DNA of 53,787 bases, taken from a virus. Lineage: Duplodnaviria > Caudoviricetes. Each line of letters starts with the position of its first letter. Positions within the stretch are counted from its first letter, which is position 1. Below are positions 1 through 10,600 of the stretch, in pieces. The DNA lies in IMG/VR virus record IMGVR_UViG_3300042465_006905, positions 1 through 53,787 of that record, one strand, 5' to 3'. The translations under genes were made by a program, and so were the position numbers. The notes under the pieces were generated by a model that was not told where the DNA came from, searched no databases, and saw nothing but the letters and a program-made list of their open reading frames with translations.

Positions 1-2
1 TA

Positions 3-584
3 CAAAACAACATAGAAGGTCAATACTTGTTGGCCGCTATCACTTTCTTTCGTGCCGCAACTAAAATGTGGTTTGGTAAAAGCAAAGGTAACCTAGGTTT
101 CCCACCACCCATGGTATTTTTAAATGGCTACGGAGCCAATTATCTTCCCAATGTGCCTTGTGTGATCACAAGTTTTAGTCATACTATGCCAGCCGAAGTT
201 GATTATGTAGAAGTACCAATGGTCATGCCAGGCAGTGTGGGTGCCGGCGGCATTGGTGGTGCTATTGCTGCCGGAGTAAACGGCTTGATGCAAGGTGGCG
301 GATTGAGTGCCGCACAGTCTGCACTGTCGGGAGGAGTCAACAGTGTACTGGGATCCACAATGGGTCCAGGCGGCGCCGGACTCAATGGACTGCTTGGTTC
401 ACTGACTGGTGGTAAATTTGGAGCAGGAGCCGGTGGAACACAGTCAACCAGATTACCTACATCAAGTCAGTTGACAGTGACTCTACAACCTATCTACAGT
501 CGCACTGCTGTTACTAATTTCAACCTAGATGATTTTGCCGCAGGCCGAATGATAGGCAATGGCAACAAGGGAGGGTTTATTTAA
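3..584 (+). CDS. 5'-truncated virion baseplate/tail-associated protein with a Gly-rich insertion
   Basis: The frame of track ORF 27..584 is open back to base 3 (QNNIEGQYLLAAITFFR...), so the true start is upstream of the window. It has a PPP-V-LNGYG...VPCVITSF..T.P.EVDY segment, and its stop overlaps the next ATG (TAATG) at the head of the baseplate operon. Confidence 0.6.
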   Translation, partial: QNNIEGQYLLAAITFFRAATKMWFGKSKGNLGFPPPMVFLNGYGANYLPNVPCVITSFSHTMPAEVDYVEVPMVMPGSVGAGGIGGAIAAGVNGLMQGGGLSAAQSALSGGVNSVLGSTMGPGGAGLNGLLGSLTGGKFGAGAGGTQSTRLPTSSQLTVTLQPIYSRTAVTNFNLDDFAAGRMIGNGNKGGFI

Positions 585-886
585 TGGCAGCAAAATATAA
601 TAAAGCCAGCCCTTATTACAGTAGCGATCGATTCGGCCAATTCCTGGATGTCATGATTGATAGACCCATTACCAGCCAAGCCGCCGATGTGCTATACAAA
701 ATAGACAAAGTATACGAACACCGTCCCGACCTGTTGGCATTTGACCTGTATGGTAACCCAGCATTGTGGTGGGTGTTTACACAACGAAATCCTGACATCA
801 TTGAAGATCCCATATTTGATTTTAAGTCGGGTAGAAAAATTTATATTCCTACCAAGGACCAGTTGATGCTAGACCTGGGGTTATAA
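584..886 (+). CDS. baseplate wedge protein, T4 gp53-like (LysM-like)
   Basis: 100 aa with RPDLLAFDLYGNPALWWV...NP...DP..DF..G..IYIP, the gp53/LysM-type signature; located in the baseplate operon. Confidence 0.8.
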   Translation: MAAKYNKASPYYSSDRFGQFLDVMIDRPITSQAADVLYKIDKVYEHRPDLLAFDLYGNPALWWVFTQRNPDIIEDPIFDFKSGRKIYIPTKDQLMLDLGL

Positions 887-889
887 CCT

Positions 890-3800
890 ATGACCACCAT
901 CCATGTTAATTATGCTACTCAAGAAGAAAAAGATGCTTCCTTAGCAGATGAAAGAGAACAACTAGCACAACTGCAAGAACAATTCAATGCGGCAGACGAC
1001 GCAAGAACCGATGCATCTGCAGACAGACGAGTTGCTAGACAAGAATACATCAGTGCCAGAGCAGGCGTAACAACAGCAAGGCAAAGTGGTGATGCCGCGG
1101 CAATTGCGGCCGCAGAAGCGTTGCTTGCCGTGAAAACAAATGAATTAGATAGGGCCGCAGGTGTCAGTGCGGCCGCGGCCGATACAGCAAACGCACTGTT
1201 GGATCGATTAAACTCGGCCACAGACACACTGGTAGAAAACTCAAAAGCACCAATCTTTGAACAACTATCACCTGCGGCACAAGCACAAGCGGCACAAACA
1301 GCCGAAGATGCTGTAGACGATGACGAAGGTGAAGACCTTGACGATGACGAAAAAGCAAAACTAGAAAACAAAGAAGAAGAAGGCAACGAAAACGAACCTA
1401 GGTTGTTAAACCAAGAAGGTGAAGACAATGACGAAAATGAACGCGAGAATCAACGACTGTTGTCTAGATCGCCAGTCAAAACCAATGCAATAGATCACAC
1501 TCCTGGTGCTACAGATGTTGGCGAAATTATAATTACTGCTAAAAGAGTGTCGGTTCCTACCTACACTCCGCGAACCAATCCATTGCACAACTATGCCACT
1601 TACACTTATAGCATAGCATTATTCATCTTGACCAAAGATGATATTAATTTGTTGACTACCGATCCCGAAGAGTGGAGGCCTGGTGTCGGCACAAGAAAAA
1701 CTTGTTTAGTTGCCAGTGGCGGAAAAAATACCGGACCTTATCAACGAAATGAAAATTTTACTGATGACTTTTATTTTGACAATTTAAAAATGACCACGGT
1801 GATTGGATTAAACAACAGAAGTAAATCTAGTAATGCTGTAGAAATAACATTTGGAATACTTGAACCATATGGTATGAGTTTGTTAGATCGTATTATTGCA
1901 GTGGCCGATGATATCGAAGCACCAAACTTTAAGGCCATGCCATATCTACTAGAAGTAGATTTCTACGGATATGATGATACAGGCAAAGCCATCAAAATTG
2001 ATGACCAACGCAAGCGGATACCCATACAAATAATTGAAATAAAAATCAAAGCAGGAACCAAGGGCACAGAGTATGCAATAAGAGCTATTCCGTGGACTCA
2101 CCAGGCATTGAGTCAAAGTGCCGCTAGTACACCTATTAACCTAGAAGTTAAAGCAAGTACAGTGGCTGAATTCTTTTACAATAACAAAGCAGACCAAGTG
2201 GCTGTTACAGCAACTAACAATGCAAAAAAGACCGCCGATTCAGACTTTATGCGTAAACAACAAGCAAACACCGAAGCAAATCAAACAGATGCAAGGGGTA
2301 GACTAACCGGTAATAATGATCCGCGAAGCCTGAACAAAGTAGAACAAGATCCAGGCGCTCGCCAAATTGATGAAAATAATGCCAGAAGTATTTTAACTCG
2401 TGCATTTGGTGTTAGTAGTTACTGTGGAGGAGTCAATTCTTGGTTCACTGATTTGGTACTTAGGAAACAACGAGGCACAATGGATGAAATTAGAGTTGAG
2501 TTTGGAGCAAAACCGCCCGACTGCCCAATGGACATAGGTTCAAATTCAAATAAAATTACAATACCAAATAATAAAGATTTAACACGAAGTGCCAGCAAAG
2601 AAGATAAACCAGCGGATGCGGCCGCTGCCGCTGCCAAGAATGCAAATCGTGTATTTACAGACGCAAGTGCATTTGCAGTTAGTGCAGGAACCTCAATATT
2701 ACAAGTCATTGACATGGTAATGCGTAACAGCGAGTATATCACCAGTCAGGTTAAAGATCCTGGGAAAGCTCAGCCACAGGAATTGGCACAAAAAGAAGGT
2801 AAACCACTGTGGTGGTACAAAGTTGTTCCCACTGTACAACTTGGGCCCTATGACTATGCACTGAATAAGTTCAGTACCATAACAACTTATCATATTTTGC
2901 CATACCGTGTATACGACAGCAAGCACCCTAACGGTCCCAGCGTTGCACCGCAAGGCAGTATTAAGAACTACTACTATTCTTACACAGGAAAAAACACAGA
3001 CATATTAGATTTTCAAATTGACTTTGATACTTTGTTTTACACAGCAATGACAGCAGGATCTGCCAAATGGCAAGAGGCCCAAATAAACAAAGTAGAACAA
3101 CAAAAAGATGAAGCATCCAAGGAATTGTCTGCAAAAACGCCTGAGGCAGCCGAACTAGTTAATAGACAGATGCGTATAGTATCAACTTTGCCGCAGACCG
3201 CAGGTGGAACACAAAATGGCGTTAAACCAATTCTAGCCACAGACATACAAAATAGCCTATATAGCAACAGTCGTGGCGACATGCTGAACTTAAAATTAAA
3301 AATTATTGGAGACCCAGAGTTAATAAAACAAGACGATATTTACACAAACCCAAGTCAAGGTGGCTATGCCACACAGTCTAGAAGTACTGGTGTAACAGAT
3401 ACTGGTAGTGTTGTGATGGATTCGGGAGAAATATTGGCACAGGTTGATTTTAAAACCATTGTCGACATGGATGAAACCACAGGCTTACCTAGAAAAGATA
3501 AGTACGCAGAAAGTGCTGTGTTTACTGGACTTTATAGAATGTTAACTATTGACAATGTGTTTCAAAATGGTAAATTTGAACAGACAATTGACATGGTTCG
3601 TGTACCTGATGTTATTAACTCAGGTGGTGTGGCTGATAAAAAAGGAAAAGAAGTTATATCCAGTAGGTCTGTGGGTCCTGCCACAGACAATGCTGCCGCC
3701 GGCACACGGACAGTTGACAGCGATGCAGAATCCCAAGCCGACAATCCAAGCGACTTCCAAGGAACAGAAGTTGCGTCGCCGGTGACAGACCCAACTACCA

Positions 3801-3997
3801 CAGAAGGTTTTGGGGTTGATGAAACAGGTGCTACACTAGATGAATCAACACTAACAGAGCCTCCGGCATTGAGTGATGATGATCGACGGCTTTCTGCTAT
3901 AAATGAAACAGCACCTGAAGTAAATATAGATGACTACTATGCCACACAATCAACTGATGCTGAATCATCTGTGGTCAACGATTCAAATTTTGCATAA
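890..3997 (+). CDS. large baseplate hub-like protein with coiled-coil/acidic N-terminal extension
   Basis: 1035 aa between the gp53-like and gp5-like genes. The core has hub-type segments (NPLHNYATYTY, I.EPYG.S, LKIIGDP, GLYR..I.N.F.NG.F.Q). The N- and C-termini are low-complexity Ala/Asp/Glu-rich. Confidence 0.6.
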   Translation: MTTIHVNYATQEEKDASLADEREQLAQLQEQFNAADDARTDASADRRVARQEYISARAGVTTARQSGDAAAIAAAEALLAVKTNELDRAAGVSAAAADTANALLDRLNSATDTLVENSKAPIFEQLSPAAQAQAAQTAEDAVDDDEGEDLDDDEKAKLENKEEEGNENEPRLLNQEGEDNDENERENQRLLSRSPVKTNAIDHTPGATDVGEIIITAKRVSVPTYTPRTNPLHNYATYTYSIALFILTKDDINLLTTDPEEWRPGVGTRKTCLVASGGKNTGPYQRNENFTDDFYFDNLKMTTVIGLNNRSKSSNAVEITFGILEPYGMSLLDRIIAVADDIEAPNFKAMPYLLEVDFYGYDDTGKAIKIDDQRKRIPIQIIEIKIKAGTKGTEYAIRAIPWTHQALSQSAASTPINLEVKASTVAEFFYNNKADQVAVTATNNAKKTADSDFMRKQQANTEANQTDARGRLTGNNDPRSLNKVEQDPGARQIDENNARSILTRAFGVSSYCGGVNSWFTDLVLRKQRGTMDEIRVEFGAKPPDCPMDIGSNSNKITIPNNKDLTRSASKEDKPADAAAAAAKNANRVFTDASAFAVSAGTSILQVIDMVMRNSEYITSQVKDPGKAQPQELAQKEGKPLWWYKVVPTVQLGPYDYALNKFSTITTYHILPYRVYDSKHPNGPSVAPQGSIKNYYYSYTGKNTDILDFQIDFDTLFYTAMTAGSAKWQEAQINKVEQQKDEASKELSAKTPEAAELVNRQMRIVSTLPQTAGGTQNGVKPILATDIQNSLYSNSRGDMLNLKLKIIGDPELIKQDDIYTNPSQGGYATQSRSTGVTDTGSVVMDSGEILAQVDFKTIVDMDETTGLPRKDKYAESAVFTGLYRMLTIDNVFQNGKFEQTIDMVRVPDVINSGGVADKKGKEVISSRSVGPATDNAAAGTRTVDSDAESQADNPSDFQGTEVASPVTDPTTTEGFGVDETGATLDESTLTEPPALSDDDRRLSAINETAPEVNIDDYYATQSTDAESSVVNDSNFA

Positions 3998-4006
3998 GGA
4001 TATCAA

Positions 4007-7000
4007 ATGGATTTAAGACTAGGACGCAAATTACCAGATTGGGCAAACCAAGAATCTGTTGGCGGGATGAAGTTTGACAAAGGTATCTATGCTGGTATAG
4101 TCAAGTTAAATGTGGATCCTTTAAGATTGGGCAGATTGCGTGTATGGATATCCGACTACGGCGGAAACGAAGATGATGAACAGGGATGGCGTTGGGTAAG
4201 ATATGCTAGTCCTTTTTACGGCAGTACTACACAAAATGAACGCACTAAAACCAACAGTTATGATCAAACAGAAAGCGTGTACGGCATGTGGGCTGTGCCA
4301 CCCGATGTGGGAAATGAAGTACTGTGTGCATTTATCAACGGAGACCCTGATCGCGGCTACTGGTTTGCCTGCACTACTACACAGAATTTAAGTCATGGTG
4401 CAGTGCCAGCCATTGGTAGATATAGCGAAGGGGTAGACAAAGATGCTGTAAAAAGCAGTCTAGTACGAAACAGTCTCAATAGACCAGAACCAGTATTTTT
4501 ACCGCAGGCCGAGTTCAATGAAAATGATCCAGCCAATATGACAGGCGCTTTTTTAACAAACAAATTACCAGTGCATGAGCCACAGGCTGAAATTATTATC
4601 AATCAAGGCCTAGACACAGATAGAGTCCGTGGTGCCATTAGCAGTAGCAGTATGCGAGACGCACCAAGTAAAGTGTTTGGAATCAGTACCCCGGGTCGGG
4701 CTCCAGACGGCGGCGTTATGCCCAAAGTTAGATTGGGTGGACATACATTTGTGATGGACGATGGTGATAATTCTGGCACCGATCAGTTAATTAGACTGCG
4801 GACCGCAGGCGGTCATCAAATTCTAATGAATGACAGCGAGCAAATCCTTTATATTGCCAATGGTGCAGGCACTGCTTGGATTGAATTTGGAAACTCTGGC
4901 AGAATAGACATGTACAGCATGAAGGGCCTGGCAATACGTACACAGGGCACATTGGATCTACACAGCGATTCAAGTGTAAATATTCAAGGAGACAGTGTGA
5001 ATATCAAGGCACTTGGCAGTTTGCAGATGCAAAGTAGTTCATTCACTGCCAGAGCCAGCACAGGCATGACTTTGTACAGTGCCACAATGGGCCTGGCCTC
5101 AGCAGGCGCATTGACTGTGAATGCCGGCGGGGAATTGGGCATAGCATCAACTGCCGCAGAGCTAAAATTGGTTGGTAGTATGATCAGGCTCAACGAAGGT
5201 GGAGTCGGCACGGTTAGAGATCCCGGCGAAATACAAAACAATGCACTGGCAGACACCAACAGAGATGCAACTACAAGATTATGGAGCACAGTACCGGGAT
5301 CATTGCAGTCCATTGTTACTTCAGCACCAGCACATGAACCGTGGGAACGAAACACAACTGCTGTGTCTGCTGCCGATGCATTTGGTTCTGCAACAACTCC
5401 GGTGTGTACCGATCTTGCACCAATTCCTGTTTTGCCTTCGGGTGGCACAGGTGGTGCAGGGCCATTTGGTGCTTGGATTGCTGAGTACGAATCTAGTGTA
5501 GGTGGATATAATGCGTTTAATCGAGGTTCTAGTCCACCAAGAGGAACAGGATCAATTGGCGGAGAAACAATTAATCTGGTTGATATGTCTATTGCAGAAA
5601 TTTTATCTAAGAGCAAGGATAACGAATCAGATCCGTATAAACGATTATTTGCTGTTGGTAAGTACCAATGTATCCCAACAACTCTCAGCGATGCAGTAAA
5701 AAAATTAAATGTACCTACTACACAAAAATTTACTGTTGATTTTCAAGACATGCTGTTTGTTAAAATATTGTGTAGAGCAGGTATGGCCAGCTACCTTCGG
5801 AGTGGAAATCAAAATGACGAAGCCGCATTGCAACAGGCATGTATTGCAGCCGCGGCACAATGGGCATCAGTACAAGATCCACGAACAGGTCGAGGTGCAT
5901 ATGATGGCCAAGGAACAAACTCAGCCAAAGCCACTGCTGCCGAATGCAAAGCAAAATTAAAAGAACAATGGGCCTGGCTGCGTAAAGATCAAGATGCAGT
6001 TAAATCCAGTGATGGTAGTGTAATAACTGATGGATCAGGCAATGCTATCAAAACAGGTAGTTATGATTCTGATCTAGGAATCAAAGCTGCCGCGGGACAG
6101 ACTGTGGTGAAACAAGCACCTGCAGAGTTTATGAAAAAATCAGATGCTCCAAGTCCAGACTTTTCGTTGGAAGGGCGTGGCACTCTTGGCGATGCAAATG
6201 CCATTCCGGGACTAACCACCCCACAGGTCAAGTCACTAGCGGTACAAATGGCATTTGCAGAAAGTGATAGTAATCCGCAATACAAAACTCAATTCAGAAT
6301 TGGGCGTTATGCAGTAAATGCTGTGATATTATCCGAATATGGATTTATTAAACCTGACTATTTAAAACAGTACGGACAAGACGCAATTACCAAGGCCAAT
6401 GCCTGGACCGGCAAGGGCGGAATAGCCACTATTGACAGCTTCTTGGGAAACTCAACAGCACAAGACGAATGCATGTTTAGTTTTATACAAGATGCGTATA
6501 AAAAATTAACCACAAGCAGTCCCCGTGGAATTGACTTTGGAGATAGTATTTGCGTTGCCGCAGGCATGATCAATGTTGCTTACTTCTTCAGAGAACAAAC
6601 ACAGGTATTTGGCAGCGATGTTAATGCAATGGTTTTGGCAGCCGCACAGTGGCGTAAACAAAACACAGGCAAAGACAATGCAGGTGTATCTCCAGTTAAT
6701 AACTACAATCAAGGACGATATGCCATAGACATATTGAGCCAAGCACCTGCAGCCACATCAACTGCCCCTGTGGGGTCTGCAGGCCCAGGCGCAGACTACG
6801 GAACAGAGTCGGGTGTAGACCCCACAACAGTGATGACATTTACTTCAGGATCGGGCGATTTTGCACATTACAAACAGATGCCAGCTGATGTTAGAACTGC
6901 AATGGAACTGATGGCCAAGGATTATTTTGATCAAACCAGCAAGAAAATTACTATAAACAGTTCGTACAGATCTTTAGAAGAACAAACAGCAATATACAAT

Positions 7001-7219
7001 GCTTGGGTTTCCGCAGGTGGAACAAAAGAAAATCCAAGTGCAGGCGGATTCTATATGCCTAGTAAACCTGCTCCGAGCAGTCCGCACCTGCGAAAAGTTG
7101 CTTTTGATGTTGCCAAGGCAGATATTAACAAGCTAAATCAACTTGGTTTATTGGAAAAATATAACTTTGGCTATCCTTTCCCGGTCAATGACCCAGTACA
7201 CATACAATTTGTAGGGTAA
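4007..7219 (+). CDS. gp5/VgrG-like baseplate spike with lysozyme-like domain(s) and a C-terminal M15 Zn-peptidase domain
   Basis: N-terminal OB-fold motif DPLRLGRLRV...PPDVGNEV, then GHTFVMDD/GHQILMND and beta-helix-like repeats. A lysozyme-like IAEYES..GYNAFN...AVGKYQ.IP.TL segment follows. The C-terminus has SSYRS.EEQ...SPH...AFD...DPVH (M15-type Zn ligands). AAGGA RBS upstream. Confidence 0.8.
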   Translation: MDLRLGRKLPDWANQESVGGMKFDKGIYAGIVKLNVDPLRLGRLRVWISDYGGNEDDEQGWRWVRYASPFYGSTTQNERTKTNSYDQTESVYGMWAVPPDVGNEVLCAFINGDPDRGYWFACTTTQNLSHGAVPAIGRYSEGVDKDAVKSSLVRNSLNRPEPVFLPQAEFNENDPANMTGAFLTNKLPVHEPQAEIIINQGLDTDRVRGAISSSSMRDAPSKVFGISTPGRAPDGGVMPKVRLGGHTFVMDDGDNSGTDQLIRLRTAGGHQILMNDSEQILYIANGAGTAWIEFGNSGRIDMYSMKGLAIRTQGTLDLHSDSSVNIQGDSVNIKALGSLQMQSSSFTARASTGMTLYSATMGLASAGALTVNAGGELGIASTAAELKLVGSMIRLNEGGVGTVRDPGEIQNNALADTNRDATTRLWSTVPGSLQSIVTSAPAHEPWERNTTAVSAADAFGSATTPVCTDLAPIPVLPSGGTGGAGPFGAWIAEYESSVGGYNAFNRGSSPPRGTGSIGGETINLVDMSIAEILSKSKDNESDPYKRLFAVGKYQCIPTTLSDAVKKLNVPTTQKFTVDFQDMLFVKILCRAGMASYLRSGNQNDEAALQQACIAAAAQWASVQDPRTGRGAYDGQGTNSAKATAAECKAKLKEQWAWLRKDQDAVKSSDGSVITDGSGNAIKTGSYDSDLGIKAAAGQTVVKQAPAEFMKKSDAPSPDFSLEGRGTLGDANAIPGLTTPQVKSLAVQMAFAESDSNPQYKTQFRIGRYAVNAVILSEYGFIKPDYLKQYGQDAITKANAWTGKGGIATIDSFLGNSTAQDECMFSFIQDAYKKLTTSSPRGIDFGDSICVAAGMINVAYFFREQTQVFGSDVNAMVLAAAQWRKQNTGKDNAGVSPVNNYNQGRYAIDILSQAPAATSTAPVGSAGPGADYGTESGVDPTTVMTFTSGSGDFAHYKQMPADVRTAMELMAKDYFDQTSKKITINSSYRSLEEQTAIYNAWVSAGGTKENPSAGGFYMPSKPAPSSPHLRKVAFDVAKADINKLNQLGLLEKYNFGYPFPVNDPVHIQFVG

Positions 7220-7222
7220 ATA
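7217..7222 (+). promoter_or_regulatory. T4-type late promoter-like TAAATA
   Basis: TAAATA 4 nt before the gp25-like ATG (7227); the same spacing recurs at 25457 and 52586. Confidence 0.5.
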
Positions 7223-7226
7223 CAGT

Positions 7227-7601
7227 ATGGCAATATATCGCGGATTCAGCACACAAGGACAAACTAAGAAATTTAGAGCCACAGATGCGGCCCTGATCAA
7301 ACAAGACTTGATCAATCACTTCAATATACGCAAGGGTGAAAAACTCATGAATCCAAATTTTGGAACAATTATTTGGGGTATGTTGTTTGAGCCCATGACC
7401 AACGAGCTTAAAACTGCCATGGTAACTGATATTACAGATATTATCAACTACGATCCCAGAGTAAATGTCAACGATGTCACTGTGAACGAACTAGAACATG
7501 GCTTACAAATTATAATAGATTTGACCTATGTTAACAATAATCAAAGTGATGTGCTGTTGATGAATTTTGATAATCAAGCTCAACAAATTACCTACGCTTA
7601 A
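7227..7601 (+). CDS. baseplate wedge protein, gp25/GPW family
   Basis: 124 aa with IKQDL.NHFNIRKGEKLMNPNFGT.I..MLFEP...I...DPRV, the gp25 signature. Confidence 0.9.
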   Translation: MAIYRGFSTQGQTKKFRATDAALIKQDLINHFNIRKGEKLMNPNFGTIIWGMLFEPMTNELKTAMVTDITDIINYDPRVNVNDVTVNELEHGLQIIIDLTYVNNNQSDVLLMNFDNQAQQITYA

Positions 7602-7623
7602 TATAAGCCGTTTTTGTATATGA

Positions 7624-7630
7624 ATAAATA
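7624..7630 (+). promoter_or_regulatory. T4-type late promoter-like ATAAATA
   Basis: Intergenic ATAAATA upstream of the gp6-like gene, followed by an AAGG RBS-like sequence. Confidence 0.55.
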
Positions 7631-7648
7631 CTAGAACAAGGTATATCT

Positions 7649-10600
7649 ATGGCTTTAACCACTCGTCAAACTAATCTCTTAGTCCAACAGGACTGGACCA
7701 AGATCTATCAGACATTCCAATCAGCTGATTTTACCAGTTACGATTTTGAAACCCTACGCAAGACCATGATTGATTACTTGCGTACCACATACCCTGAAGA
7801 TTTTAACGATTTTACTGACTCGAGTGAATACATTGCTCTGATTGACTTGATTGCCTTTATGGGGCAGAGCCTGGCATTCCGTGCAGACCTAAATGCCCGC
7901 GAAAACTTTATTGATACAGCACAGCGCCAAGACAGTGTGTTTAAATTAAGCCGCCTAGTAGGCTACAGTCCCAAGCGCAATGTTGCCGCCGAAGGATATC
8001 TAAAGATAGACAATATCAGTACCACCGAGCAGGTATTTGACAGCAATGGGTCAGATTTAACCAACTTGATCATCAACTGGAACGACAGCTCAAACGAAAA
8101 TTGGTATGAGCAAATGACTGCTGTACTAAATGCCACACTGGTTAATACACAGGTCGTTGGCAAGCCTGGTAGTACAGATATTATTAATAATATTCAAACT
8201 GATGCCTACGGCATCAGTATTGTGCCAAATCAAACACCAGTTTACAGCTTTAGTTCAACTGTGGAAAATCGTACTGTTTCCTTTGAAGCAGTGAGTGCCA
8301 ATACATCTGGCAAAAGTTATGTATACGAACCGGCTCCTATACCCCGTAGTATTTTCAATATACTGTATAGAAACGACAACCTGGGCAACAACAGTAACAA
8401 TACCGGATTCTTTGTATTCTTCAAGCAAGGAGCCTTAAACAAGATTGATTTTAGTCTCAGCGATGCAATTCCCAACAGGTCAGTGGCTATAAATTTCAAC
8501 AACATAAACAACACAGATACTTGGTTGTATGGTGTCACTGCTCAGGGAGTGGCAAGCCAGTCGTGGACACAGGTATCGGCAGTTGCTGGAACCAATGTGA
8601 TTTACAATCAAACTGCCAATAGAAATGTGTACCAGGTTAATACACGGGCAAACGATCAAGTTGACCTGGTATTTGGTGATGGGGTATTTGCCAACATACC
8701 CACAGGAAACTTTACTTTTTATTACAGGCAGAGCAACGGTTTAAATTATAAGATTACCCCAAACGAATTGAATCGTGTTAATATTCCCATTGCCTATGTC
8801 AGCAGAACCGGCAGAGTAGAAACATTGACAGTGACCGCCAGCCTGCATTATACCATTGGCAACAGCTCGTCGGCTGAATCGCTGGCAACTATAAAAACAA
8901 ATGCACCACAACAATACTACACACAGAATCGCATGATTACCGGTGAAGATTATAATATCTTACCGTTTAGTTTGTTTGATACTGTGGTCAAAGTCAAATC
9001 AGTCAACCGCACCAGCAGTGGTGTTAGTAGATTCTTGGATGTGTTGGATGTCACAGGCAAGTATTCAAGTACTAATATTTTCTGCAATGATGGCTATCTT
9101 TACAGAGATACAAATTCAATTGACTCGTTTAATTTCACATTTGAAACAGTTGGCGATGTTAATGAAATTGTGTACGACAGCATTAGACCACTGTTGAGCC
9201 TACAAAAACTTACACATTTTAGATACAATACCACACCTCGATATGCAGTAACTGACAACACAGGAACAAATCCAGTGTACTGGAGCAGCCTAACAAATAT
9301 AACCAATGCTGGAACAGGACAATTGATCAATGCATCAGGATCTGTGTTGAGTTTTGGCAAAGGCGCCAGCATAACCACAGGAAATAGAAACTATGTCAAT
9401 GAAGGTGCGTTGATCAAATTTACAGCACCCACTGGTCAATTCTTTTCTGCACAAAATACACTAAAAACTGGAGTGGCACAATACCAAGGTGAGAAGAACT
9501 ATATCTATGCCTGTGTATTGCGTGGCACAGGATTAGAAACCAATAAACAATTATCCATCAACCAGCATATTCCTGCTGGTGCAATTTTGTCTGCGGTGGT
9601 GCCCATGCAGTCAACAGATTTTGCATTAGATACCAAATCTGGATTGTATGACAATGAAGTGACAGCCACAAGATTGGCAACCGCTATTAGATCATATCAA
9701 AGTTTTGCATTGCGTTACGATTTAACAACACAAACCTGGCGCAAAATTGTTTCTTCCAATGTGAACTACGGAACATTTAGTTTAACTAACGCAGGAGATA
9801 CTTCCGGCACTGGCCTAGACGCCAGTTGGTTAATTTCTGTGGTGTTCAACAACAATCAATTTACAGTCACAACTCGTGGCCTAAATTATGTGTTTGAAAG
9901 TGTTGCAGAAACAACCTTCTACTACGACACAGCATTAAAAGTATACGACAGCAAGTTGGCAAGAACCTTGCATGATCAAATTACCATATTAAAAGTCAAT
10001 CAACAGGCAGATAGCCTGAGCCCCATTGGTCAAGATATCACATGGCAAATCTACAGTAATATTGTTTCATCAGATGGTTATAAAGATCCTACCAGAGTAT
10101 TGGTAACATTCCAAGATTCTAACAATGACGGTGTTCCGGACGATCCAGATTTGTTTGACACAGTGGTCAACTCAACAGTGAACCCTGTTAGAAAATTGGT
10201 ATTCTTTAAACAAATTGTTGACTCCAACAACAATGCATTTATCAATTTAAATCCTGTGGATACGGTGAATGTGGTATTAGATTATGCAACCCTGGGTGAC
10301 ATTAAGTTGGCTGGTGCAGGATATGTTCCTGGCCAAGTTTTCTATGCCAGTGGTGAAAATAAGTTTTACAGTTTGACCAGTACCAATCCCACAGTGATAA
10401 GCTCTGAATTGACAAATTATGTGGCCTACACCGGAAGACAAAGCCTAAGTTTCCAATATCAACACGTGAGTCCAAACAATCGTAGAATTGATCCAAGCCC
10501 AAATAATCTCATGGACTTGTTTGTTTTAACTAAAGATTATTCTAGTAGTTACCAATCCTGGTTACAAGACACCAGCGGCGCTGTTGCAGAACCAACACCT

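Noticed and set aside
919-5616. Longer antisense ORFs (919..1428, 4984..5616)
   Set aside because: They mirror low-complexity or biased sense codons within strongly supported genes.
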